In this document: positions 1 through 11,174 of the stretch, piece by piece
Layout of the letters: every line of letters begins with the position of its first letter
How positions within the stretch are numbered: position 1 is the first letter of the stretch
NCBI GenBank assembly: GCA_037447605.1
Contig: CM074808.1
Coordinates: 3,286,001-3,350,000, forward strand
Length of the DNA: 64,000 nt
Direction: 5' to 3'
DNA from: Zygnema circumcarinatum SAG 698-1b
Lineage: Eukaryota; Plantae; Zygnematophyceae
The notes under the pieces: model-generated
Seen by the model: only the letters and a program-made list of their open reading frames with translations
The model's database searches: none
What the model was told of the DNA's origin: nothing
Made by a program: the position numbers and the translations under genes

Positions 1-51
1 CTTCAGTTTAATCCTTCATTCAGGTCAATTGCCCTATGCTTAAAGACTCAC

Positions 52-688
52 CATCCTCCACGACTGCCACCTGCTCACTAGCTTGTACGAGCATGCATCC
101 TGTGCCGAACATATCTTTTCCCTGCCCCTCTATTAGCCGTTGAAGGCTCCCCTTGAGATTCGATTCCAACTGCAAACGAAATCCAACGTCCACTGCCTCC
201 CGTTTAGCTTCACTAGCGATCGCACGGGATGACAACATGAGACAGCTTGACCTGACAACGTTGAGGGTTAACTCGGCAAAGGTTGAAGGGCACAAAGAAA
301 AATGTCAACTAAGAGTTTTGGGTCGAGGACCACCTAGACACATGACAGGTATCGTTTGGAACGTGAAAGTGTTCTGGAGAAGGGTGTCGTAGCTACACAT
401 TCATGTAATGGTGGCCAATTCCGCTCTCAATCCTACACGTCTATGCTGGATAATACACAAACGAATGCTGTTAGTTGTAAGCATGAGCCACATACGAACC
501 GACCCTTACCTCAGCCCAGCCGGAAGAGGGCATTGCGATTCTGATGGTGAGTACAGTGCACCCCGGCCGAATATATCCTTCAAGGTCTGAAGGCATTTGT
601 GCGAGCCAGTCCATAATCTGCAACAAGAGACACCATGTTGCAGCATAACGTTAAACATCCAAAGCTGTCCGGATATCAACTTGCAATC

Positions 689-732
<44 letters not shown>

Positions 733-3135
733 GTGACGCAAATGTCAGTCGATTTACATTCCCCATAAACTAGATTGAGCTCCGGCAACATGTCGGCGAA
801 GATTTGCACCTGGTGTCGCAAACTTCGAGGGAAATCTCCAGGATTCCAGTTGTACAGCTTGAAAGACATCCGACTAGTTGTATGCTGCAAAGTGCAATTC
901 CAATCAGCCCAGGAAAAAACTCATTAACAAGGTGTCTCAAGTTACTCCCATTCTATACAGGGTGTGACAGCTAAACAGTATACCATCCCCTCGACGCACA
1001 ACAAACCGATTGATAAGACGCAACACAAATGGAAATAAAAAAAAGTGAACAGTAGCCAAACCTGAGGAGAATATGCTAGATGTTCTATTGCGAGCTGCTG
1101 TGCAGGGAACAACCCAAGGTTCGTCGGCGGGAGTGAGGAGAGTGAAGGATTATGTGTATGCTGTGTCTGCTGGAAAGCAGGCTGAGATTGCTGCTCCACT
1201 TCCTCGTTGTCAATAAGCAATCCAAGAAGCGAGTGGTCCGGGTCGGCCTGCCTCCACTCAGTGCCAAATCCTGTACCAATTACTGGATAGGAGTTTGTTT
1301 CTGACACGTGCTGGTGACCTGTTGAGAACAGAACTTGGACCGGAGGAAGAATTCGAGATCCCTGCAGCATGCTAGAAGGCATCTCTTGTGTAGGAGGAGA
1401 GGGATTCAAAGTGGCTATATAAGGTTCTCCGATCAATTGATCTGACGAAAGTCCAGCTGGCGACATGTTGTCAGGTTGCCAAGGAGTGGCACTTCTGCTT
1501 GCAATTGGCTCTACGTAACTAGTCGCTTTCACCGAGCTGCTGCTCAAAGGCATTTCTGGCAACATGCTGCTAGTGCCACTTGTCATTGTGAAAGCTTCCT
1601 GAACATCACTAGCATCTGAGTTTGTAATTTCAGCAAGCTGACAGGCTTGCCCTGCCAACAGTGGAGATGATTCGACTTGAGGGGCCTCTGAAGTTGCTGC
1701 CCCAATATCCGTGGAAGCTGCTGAGCCTGAAGGAGGTTCAAGGACACAATCACTAGAAGACAGAACTTCACACGAGAGCTTCCCCTCTTGAAGCACGCTT
1801 TTAATCGAAGTCTCCTTCTTTGCCTTCTTCAATGTGCTCACTTTCCCAGCCACGTCCTCAACATTCTTGCGGTTCTTCCTTGATTCAGAAAACTTCTTCC
1901 GCGTCTTGGGGGTCTCCCCTCCATCAGACGATGCATCGTTGACTTCTGCAACCCCATACCATATTGCCAACTGTCAGTTCTTGGCAGAGCCCGACACAAT
2001 TGTTCCTAAGAACCATCGACAAGAACATTCCAGCATTCCACACACCACGCTACGAAACTGCACTTGGCAGGGAAAGGTCCTCACCAGGGACAGAGCTGGA
2101 TGGGCTCTGCTCATCATCGGAGCCTTCTCCTGGCTTTCTTGCACCTCTCAGTTCGCTCTTCTTTTGGCGTCGGCGGTTGTTATGCCTCTCCAGCTTCCGA
2201 CGGCAGCTTCTTTTACCCTCATCAAAATCGGCCAAAGGGTGGAATCTGCATAACAATTATTCACACAGAAATACACCTCGCTAGGGAATTAATGTAGGCA
2301 ACGCTGCATCTGACTGCCAGAGAAGCAATGTCAGCTAAATACTGAGGATTCAGCCCATCTAGTACAGAATGGACTAAAAAGTGTAGACCAGCTGGTGAGA
2401 GAGCCGCTGACAATCTCTCAGAAATTCAAATCGACCAGGGAGTTCGTGAAACACGACTGGGTTCTATTGCAAAAAAAATGGCTAACAGTACCTTCCGCAC
2501 TGCTGGCAGTATCTCTGCACAATCCCGCAATGAAACACTGTAGCCGCCTTCGCATGCTCCTCGCACACTCTATGGCGCTGATGATACTCCTTGAGCTTCA
2601 TTATATCCGCTGAGCAGTCCAAGACCTGACAGGCTGGAGCCGCCAGACTCGTCAGAATTTCAGCGCGCCGTTCTTTAAGTTGTCTTAGAAAAAACTCATC
2701 CGATTCCGTGCAGGCGCAGGGAACTCTTCCTGCTTTAAGGTTAGGGCAATCAGCGTCCACCATCATGCTCGCAAGAGATGCAGAATTTCCAGCAAAGCCC
2801 CGCTGCAGTTCGCCTCCCTTCTCCATACCCATTCCAGTCCCTGCATGCATCTCCCCTGCATTTGAATGCATTCCTCCGCCATTGAAAGTGCTCAGATCTA
2901 GCAGCAACTTATCCTGGACGCCTTCCTCCTGCCCAACGAAGCTCTGTGCTGCGCCATAGCTCCTGATATCACCTTCAGTCAGATAGCTCTCCTTCCCTTC
3001 CCCTCCATTGCTTCCATCTGCAGGCTGCGCGAGCAGCAGCAGACTATCCCATTCAAAGGAGCTGGCGTCCCATGGCGTCCGGCTGTGCGGTCTCGCCCCT
3101 CCTCCCTGCGCTCCCTGCTCCCAAGAGAACGCCAT
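52..3135 (-). CDS. SPL7: SBP-box transcription factor, SPL7/CRR1-like clade; 3' end runs off the window start
   Basis: Exons 3135-2492, 2245-2059, 1970-1062, 884-810, 617-510, 169-52, all GT-AG and in frame. SBP domain CQVLDCSADIMKLKEYHQRHRVCEEH...YCQQCGR|FHPLADFDEGKRSCRRKLERHNNRRR with the usual intra-domain intron. Pre-SBP motif GRVPCAC and downstream RMSFKLYNWNPGDFPRSLRHQ|IMDWLAQMPSDLEGYIRPGCTVLTI match recalled SPL7-clade sequences. Confidence 0.9.
692..732. repeat. (TA)n microsatellite in an SPL7-like intron
   Basis: About 20 TA units with one interruption, read directly. Confidence 0.95.
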
Positions 3136-3543
3136 CCCCTCTCTTCCTTCCCTATCAGCCCCTCCCTCTCAGCTCCAGGCCGCCTCCGCCCTGCTGCTTG
3201 GCAGCCATGGCTGCTAACAGGCAAGCGGTTGAAGGTCACTGCCTAAGTCTGCATATTTGGCAGACCCGCAACTTATCATCAAAAACTAGAAACCTACTTC
3301 CTTAGGGTTTCCAGTTTGGTTTTTTTGGTTTTTTAGAAGCTTTAAAATACGGCCAATGGGCAACTGTCATGCCACCTTTTTTGCTGACGTGGTGTCACGG
3401 CATTGGCTGAATTTCAACCTAAGCGTGGTTTCCAGTGGATGTTGACCAAAATTTCGATTGGTAATCGAACCAAAGGGGGTGTTCGGGCTTACGAGAATAT
3501 TTAGACCAATCGCAGGGCAGGATTGAAGCCCGTGAAGATCCGG

Positions 3544-3927
3544 CCGTACCCTCCCCCCAAAGTGACGTCCAGGATTGGGACTCTCCGTACGGATGCTGAC
3601 GTTTTGTCCCCCAATCGGACGGTCCCAGAGCTCGCCGTACGCCTCCACCGTACGAAGAACCGACTGATAAAGACCGCCCAAGACTTCTCTAGACCGCAAG
3701 ATTTGACCACGTGACTCTTTCACAGCCGTCGATTTAAGCGGTTCGGAAGTCGCGCAATAATTGAAGCACCAAATGAACTAATTCCAGAGAAGTAACAGTT
3801 CAGAATTAGTATCGGCGTTTGATTGAAATTCGTACTATTTCAGAAAACATAGTACTAATTCTGATAAATCTTTTTATAGAACCCCTATGATTTTTCAAGA
3901 AGCCCTCTTGAAAATGACGGTGTACGG
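3544..3927. promoter_or_regulatory. Cluster of SBP-type GTAC cores (CCGTAC x4) upstream of the SPL7-like gene
   Basis: CCGTAC at 3544, 3585 (CCGTACGG), 3635 and 3648; further GTAC at 3832, 3852 and 3922. SBP domains bind GTAC cores (established). Function is inferred. Confidence 0.5.
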
Positions 3928-4007
3928 ACCTGACGGACACCCCCCGGAGGTCGCAATCTCGCACGCGGCAACCGGAAGGTCAAAAACCACTGCCCCATGC
4001 GACCGCT

Positions 4008-4255
4008 GCACGATATATCGTAAAATATCGTTATGATCCATATCGAGGTATAGAACGTGACGCACGATATATCTTCAAATATCACAATGATTCGTATCGA
4101 GATACAGTATGATGCACGATATATATTCAGATATTGGCATGATTCGTATCGAGATACAAGACTTGGTGGAAGATATATATTCAAATATCGTCATGATTCG
4201 TATCGATATATATAGGACGTATAAAAGATATATCGGAAAATATAGTATCGTATCA
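4008..4255. repeat. Degenerate ~54-bp tandem repeat, about 4.5 copies
   Basis: Units start at 4008, 4062, 4114, 4168 and 4223; consensus approximately GCACGATATATnTTCAAATATCnnnATGATTCGTATCGAGATA. Confidence 0.85.
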
Positions 4256-4308
4256 ATTTCGATGTAGCAGCATATCGATATTGTACTTCATATCTTTTCT
4301 CTCTCTCA

Positions 4309-4311
<3 letters not shown>

Positions 4312-4341
<30 letters not shown>
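4312..4341. repeat. T30 homopolymer
   Basis: Read directly. Confidence 0.95.
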
Positions 4342-4346
<5 letters not shown>

Positions 4347-4584
4347 TATTTAAAGACACATTGCATTTGATGCCTGCTGACGTTTGGGCTTCGACATGTC
4401 CTTCAAAGGGAGAAGATGTGGCATTGTGGCTCAAAGGTCCTTTGAAGGTCATTGAGTGTTGCTTCGCCATGTATTGTAAAAGCTTGCTCGGACAAAGTTC
4501 TGGTGGACGAGCTGCATGCATGGAGAGGCCGAAATGAGTGCGGCTGAGAAGGGCTTTCACTGAAGCTGATAAGGACGAAGGGCT

Positions 4585-6723
4585 ATGGCTGCGACTGAGG
4601 AGGTCAAAAGAGGGGCGGAACTAGCGAGAGAAGGCAAGGTTTTATTGGAACGATCAGACTGCACCTACACGCATTGCTACTGGTAATGTCACTTAAAAAA
4701 GTAAAACTGGCTCGTACTTTTGGAAAGTCCTGTATTGGATGACAATGTTAGCTTCTTGAATGAGGCATCAGATGCAGCTGAGAGTTGGAGTGTTCAGTGC
4801 ACTATGACTGGAAGCTGCATCGTCACAGTAACGTAAAACAAGTAACTTTCATCTCAAGAGGTTGAACTTTCACCAATTGTGCTTGTCAACGGACATCGGA
4901 TACCCCGTGGTTCCGCGTATTGGACGCAATGCTTAGGTCATTTAATTAGTGCTTTTATCAATATTCTGCGTGCTTTATACTAAACAAGATATTTTATTCC
5001 CGAGCTTGAGTTATTTTGGGGTCTGGAACAGTGAGGAGAATGTCTACATGCTCTGCAAACAGCTAATGAAGTGTGGTGTGGCTCGATCAGACGCTTCAGA
5101 TTTGTTGGTTGTTTTTATTTCCAATCCGTCTCGTAAGGTAATTTTTTATACCGATTGAAAACTGGATATTTGGGTAGGAGTAGCTAGCAGTTACTCAGAA
5201 CTCCTTATCCGCAATTGTTTTTGTTGTCATCTTCAAAGTTGTACCCTTAATCATCCTCCGCTCCACAGGCAGGATGAATGTGATGTCTGCTTTTGAAGGC
5301 AATGGTTATTTGAAAGGCGAAACGTAACAAAACCTGTGGCAGCATGGAGGGACTTGCGACTGATTGACTGATAACATCGACTTCATGGTTGTTGGCAAAC
5401 CATCGATTCGCAAGTAAGTTAAGAACTTAAGAGACTGAAAGGCTGACCTTACTGTGCAGATACCCTTGTGGAAACAGCGAGGGGCCCCGCCAAACGAGTG
5501 TGTCGTTTGGGACTATCATGTGATCTGTATTCAGGTGAGTTCCTCTACAGAGGCAATTTACGCATACCTCAAAAAGAACTAGGAATGGGTTTTGAGCAAC
5601 ACATCCAAGGAGGTGGCCGAGTCTTCGCTGCGGGCAGCTTCAATGGCTGTTGACAGCAATTGACACGCAGCAATCTCTAGTGATCGCGAGGCATTGCTGA
5701 AATGATCTTTGCAACTTGTGTATTCTTGGGACTACTTTGTCCTTAGCTGCTCCTGAGTTTCAAAAGACCATTTTTGTACACATTTTCTTTGTAAAACTGT
5801 TACCCGTCTGTCACAAGCTGATGCCAGGATTTGATCACAGGTCGGATCAATAGGAGAGGATCGTGTTCGAGTTTGGGATCTCGACACTGTACTTCCATTC
5901 CCCGTGCTTTTCCAGCGTTATGTGCAAGAGGCCTTTTGGGGTGGTGTCCCACATCAGCTGCTGCTGGGTGATGAATACCAACGGTATGGCGCTTGGTTCT
6001 GTACCCCAAGTCCATTCTTCCTAATGAATATCCCCATGTGCTTTTCGACCTCTAGATTCTGCATCAATATTCGATATATGTAATCGTGAAGAATTGGAAA
6101 TTAATTATGAGTACTTTATTGTGGCTTTGCAGGTTGTACCGAGTAGTGAATGTGGATCAGTTCCTACGATTCTTTGCTTCTAACCGCTCACACATGCTGA
6201 GCCCAGGGAATGCAAATTGGTTGCAACCTCCCCCTGCCTATGCTTGCATTACCGCTGAAGGTAAGTTAAAAGATGCACAAAAGCCCTTTCGCTCTGCTGT
6301 GACAATCCACAAGAAAAAAAACAGCTTGATTGCATATTAAAAATAATTTAAAAGATTTGATTGGATAAGCGAAGCTTCGCCTTCTAGGAGCAGCCTTGAG
6401 GCCTGAAATTTCTCTCACCTAAAGTATTATTATCCTGCTTCAACTGTGTCTTCTCCCTTGTCCTTCCCCATTCCATAATAAGCAACATAAAATCCCTTCT
6501 CTTCTCTTCCTCTTCTAGTGCGTTTGAACTGTCCGCTTCCTTCCTAGATACAAAATTAGGGCTTGGTGCAGACGGCGACGTCAACAATCTGGAGGAGTAC
6601 GTGCGGATGTCTCCAGCCATGGTGGAGGAGGTGCCTGAGGAGAAGAGCCTGTTGGAGGCTGTCGAAGGGAGGATGAGAGGGCTGCTATTAGATGAGCAGG
6701 GCTTGCTGAACAAGCTGCTGTGA
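4585..6723 (+). CDS. NTAQ1: Protein N-terminal glutamine amidohydrolase (Arg/N-degron pathway), 233 aa
   Basis: Exons 4585-4682, 5032-5137, 5460-5534, 5841-5983, 6133-6260, 6572-6723 (702 nt, GT-AG). Motifs YC|EENVY, VVFISN, IPLWKQ, VVWDYHVICIQ, VWDLDTVLPFP, FASNRSHM and WLQPPPAY. The Cys-His-Asp triad is intact. Confidence 0.95.
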
Positions 6724-7605
6724 AAGCGGAGCCAAAAAGTAGGCTTAAAGTTCCAGACCACTGGAGTCTTTCAACAATTGGCGATTCCTCTCCTGGCAGT
6801 TCCATGCGGCACGTACATTCTCTGCTTCCAGGTCGCGTTCTGCGCATGAAGTTCTGCCTTTTTTCGCTGTCCGGGAGGAGGAAGGGGAAGGTCCACGCAA
6901 TTCGACATTAATTTGGGAGAAGTTTGGAACGAGTGAAGTTAAGTTGTAAAGTTAATACGAGCCGGTGAGGACGGAGGTCAGAAGCAAGGATTTTGAAGAA
7001 AGGTTAGATTGAAAGTTTGGCTGATTGTAATTTTTTTTTCCATTCTTAGTGCAGATTATCATGTCATTACAGGGCACCCAAACAAACGTCATACAACACA
7101 AAGCTTCAGTCGCGTGCCATCATTGTGCCTATCTTTTGACAAACGAACAAAGTTTACAAAAAGCTTGCATAATGGTTTCCAAAAGGTTGCTTTAATACAT
7201 GCAGCTCGGTCGAATGAGCGACTCGCACATACTGTAATCCTATGTTTACAATTTCCCCCTAAGCGGCCGCCAACTCTTTCACTGATTTTGGGATCTGTGA
7301 TTTGGGCCCCACTTAACTGGCTGCCGATAAAATCGTTTGCTCGAACAGAAAGAATATGGCATGGAAATGTTGCGAATGGGCACAACGTAAATCGTTGCCT
7401 GCTGATGCCAGTTGTCAATCTCCTCCACGTGTTGCAGAGAAGTCGAGACATGCAACCCCCTATTATGCTGCTTTCGTTTTAATACCCCCTCGATACAACA
7501 CCTCCGATAGGCCCCGTAAAGGAAGGATCACTATACCGACATATGACATTAAATGATCCAATGTTGAGCGGACCACAACTCACTGTACATGGCGGCTCTC
7601 TGAGC

Positions 7606-10513
7606 TCACTCGTCTTCATTACCTGAAAAGTTGTTGTCCCAAAAATGGTCACACAGCCCCACAGGCGTACCATCCCACAGCCATTTGCAGGAAGGCCATG
7701 CGCTCGCATGCTGTTCCAAGACCTCCTTCTTCACCCCGAGAAACGGCAGATTGAGCTGTCGTAGCTTTGGAAAGTACGAAGGCTTCAGCCATTTCAAAGC
7801 TCCTCCTGTTATCCCCCCACTTTTTGACAGATCAAGGACCTTCAGGCTGCAGAGCAAAGGCTCACTTGGTTCCCCCTCTGGTTTTAAAGAGTGCTCAGAT
7901 TCTTCTTCCACAGTCCCATTCGCTGAGCATTCGATCTTCGAAATACTTGTATCATCCGTCGAGTTATTTACATTAACTTCGCAAGTGGCAAGTGCGACTA
8001 TGGCACCATCTCGAATGCACGGGCAATGGCTCATGTAAAGCTTCTCCAAAGCGACGCTGTTCCGTGCTAAGGCGAGTGGAGTTCTGTCGGTCAGTAGAGG
8101 AGATAGTGAGAGGTCGAGCTCCCGGAGGGAGTCTTTAAGATGGCCGGATACCAAAGCAGCCATGCCCAAATCAGTCACATTTCGGCAACCACGGAGATAG
8201 AGGACCTGCAAAGGCGCCTTGCCTGAACCTAAATGGACGAGCCCCATATCCGTTACACTTGTTTCGTCGAGAACGAGGAAGTTCAACTTAGGAAGAGCGG
8301 CAATGGCTTCCACCCCGTAATCTCCCACACTGGCGCATGTCTCCAGGTTCAAACTCTTTAATCCACTGCAAAAAGAGAGGTTGACTAGGGAGATGTCTGT
8401 TACAAAGAAGCAAGAGGCGAGGGAGACTCTCTCTAAGGGGGGAATTTTGTCAAGGACCAAGATATCAGTGAATGCTAGGTCCGTAAGCTGCTTAGTGAAG
8501 GGTAAATCTAAGGTCGTAAGCCCACTACAGTTTGAAAGTAGGGCTTGAAATGGAGCATCTGTCACGCGTGTGAAACCTTCCAGGATGACACTTTCAAGTT
8601 TCCGACAGTCCTGAGCGAGAAGTAACAGACCGTTGTCAGTTACATATTCGAAAGACAAATCAGTCTTTTCCATACATCTGGCAAGGTAAAGATGTTGAAG
8701 CTCCTGACAATAAAACAATTGTGCTACGCCCCAGCTCGATAAATCGCTACCAAAGAACGGACGCTCTTGAGGCCAATCCACAAGTTCGAGCTTCTTCAAA
8801 TGACTGAGATTCCGAGAAATTACGATTAGCAACGAGTCATCAATCATGGCAGGTGGTGGAATCTGAAAAGAAAGACTTTCCAGCTTACAGCAACCCTTGC
8901 CAGAGCCTTCGTAAACCTTTCTGCTGCCGGTTATGATCAGGGCCGCCTCCGCAGTGGAATGGATATACATAGAAAGGGAAAGTAGACTTGACCGTAGATA
9001 TTGGGCAATAGAGATCGGCACCTCCTGGCCAAGAGGAGTATCAGGTGCGCCTAGGGCTAAGGCCTGCAGAAGGGGAAGCATAGAACAAATACATTTTTAG
9101 AGTCCGTAGAGTTATTGCCCGTCAGAAATCCAGATTTCCAACTTTTCGTGTCAATCTTTCGTTTATAGCAGCCTTCTACTCAGAGTCGAAGTCGTTGTCC
9201 TCGATTTCTTCGAAAGTCAACTGGGCAAGGTTTCCATGCCGAAGAGCAGAGACAGTATATCGATGTTTGCAAAAAGTTTGCAATAGTTGGTTAGGATCAT
9301 TACAGAAGTTAATGTGTCTGGAATCACCTCAATTCGTGAGCAGTTCTTGAGGAGATGGACCAAGGCCTCTGTGAGCAGGTCATGCGGCCCTGATGTGTCG
9401 CGACTTGACGGCAAATACGGCAGCGAGAGGGACCTATCCACCAGATTCCACCAGGATGATGAAATAAGAGCTCATCCACTTCCTTTCCCTTCCCTCTCTC
9501 CCAAACTCTGTGTGTTCACCCAGCTGATTCACCGCGTAGAGTCTAGAGCACCGCAGGATGCTAACCTCCATCAAAATTGGAGCCATATGAGGGTGCGATT
9601 GATTTAGCAGATCGCACCTCAGGTTAAGGCACTTATTGCCAATATCGTAGAGCAGCTTTATGGAGAATCTTTGCGTGCAAAGCATATCCAAATGCTGCAA
9701 GGAAGGCTTGACCACGGATGGCAGGGCGCCATCATTAAGCGAGCGACAGTTGAGGGTGAGTTTTTGGAGGACATCGTTTCCAGCTAGAAGCCGCCGTATA
9801 CATTCGTCATCGAGAGATATCTTCTGCAACAAAATTACAGCTCAGTTTGTGTGAGCTTCTGTTTGTTGCAATTAAACGCTAGTGCGGTTCATCCGCAACA
9901 AAAATCACTCCGAGGAGGCTGAGATTTTCAAGCGTGAATTAAGTGCGAACATCACATTTTTTGCACCACAAGAAAAGCTTCAGTAGACCTAGATCTCTGC
10001 GCTTTCCACCAATGAATAAGCATACGAGGACCAATACTACCAAGCCCTATGCGCACGAGCTCCCGGAAGCTTCACTAATGTATGTGCTCAATGAAGCTAA
10101 GACAAAGCTATCCAATAGAAAGCCAAGAAAATTCTAAAATCGACACGAATACAATTTACTTGGAAACTCTGTTCTGGATAAAGGAGAGTACAAACGGAAC
10201 CAAATTCTCAGAATTTCCTCAGAGATACTTTTTATGCATAGAAAAAACAGACTTCGCAGGGCACCGAGAGAAATAGTTTGCCTAGCTGAAAATCCCTCAC
10301 AAATCTCCTGCATTTTTCTTCAGCTTGTGGCAGGTGACTAACCACGAAGTTCAGCGATATTGACGAGCCGACCAGCGAGTACACAGCAGCCCTAAGAGAA
10401 CGACAGCTCGCAGCAGCCGAAAAAAGAGAAGTCTCGTCAACCCGCGCGAATATCGCCTCCAGCACGCTGAGGGGCAGGTCGTCCAGACGCGCTCCGCGCT
10501 TGCAGGCCGCCAT
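7606..10513 (-). CDS. F-box/LRR-repeat protein, FBL10 (At2g17020)-like, 646 aa
   Basis: Exons 10513-10343, 9823-9618, 9433-9328, 9063-7606 (1941 nt). N-terminal F-box LDDLPLSVLEAIF, cysteine-containing LRRs (VTDNGLLLLAQDC, LEGFTRVTD, LRGCRNVTD), and C-terminal GGIT..LKWLKPSYFPKL resembling FBL10. Confidence 0.88.
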
Positions 10514-10899
10514 GGATTCGCTTCCGTCAAACCATCGCCTCTTCCTCTGGAACGTCGTCCTCCTCCAGGTAAGCGCTCCTGTTACCTTACAGGAGATTCG
10601 AATGAAAAAGTACGTTAAGGTACGGTACGAAATGCACGAATTCCTACCTGTTCACAGGAGTGGTTTCTAGATGCAAGTGATTTTTTCATGGCCGTGATTC
10701 TGTCTCCCTGCTTGCACTGCCACTCATACCTTTTGTAGAATTCGAAGTCTCTTTTTAGAGTGCAATGTTGAGTTGAGTGCATAACACTTCGCATTCCTGG
10801 GAGTTGGTTGGCTTAAAGAATGAGATTGGACTGCGATTAATCATGTGATTCCTTCAAAGAAGACTACTCCTGAGTTCGCCATGCGCAGTGTTTTGAGTT

Positions 10900-11174
10900 A
10901 TGGTCCACAAATGTGGGGATGTGGGTCCTATGTGGGTCCATAAATGTGGGGATGTGGGTCCTATGTGGGTCCATAAATGTGGGGATGTGGGCCCTATGCG
11001 GGTCCACAAATGTGGGGATGTAGGCCCACAGCTGTGGGGATGTGGGGCCTATGTGGGTCCACAAATGTGGGGATGTAGACCCACAACTGTGGTGATGTGG
11101 GTGCTATGTGGGTCCACAAATGTGGAGATGTAGGTCCACAGCTGTGGGGATGTGGGTCCTATATGGGTCCACAA
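10900..11174. repeat. Minisatellite of 11-bp monomers arranged as 33- and 22-bp higher-order units
   Basis: ATGTGGGGATG-TGGGTCCTATG-TGGGTCCACAA 33-mers interspersed with 22-mers (ATGTGGGGATGTAGGCCCACAG type). Confidence 0.95.

Noticed and set aside
52-3135. miR156/529 target site in the SPL gene
   Set aside because: No GTGCTCTCTCTCTTCTGTCA-like site seen in the visible part, as expected for the SPL7 clade; the 3' end is outside the window.
4306-4560. 84-aa minus ORF ending in poly-Lys
   Set aside because: The Lys run is the T30 tract read as AAA codons; no recognisable domain.
6384-6847. Minus-strand ORFs, one with a CCACCATGG Kozak context at 6620
   Set aside because: They are antisense shadows of the last NTAQ1 exon and its intron, which explain the region.
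10864-11133. ORFs with repeated HIPTFMDPHR / VHKCGDVGPM peptides
   Set aside because: Translations of the 33-bp minisatellite.
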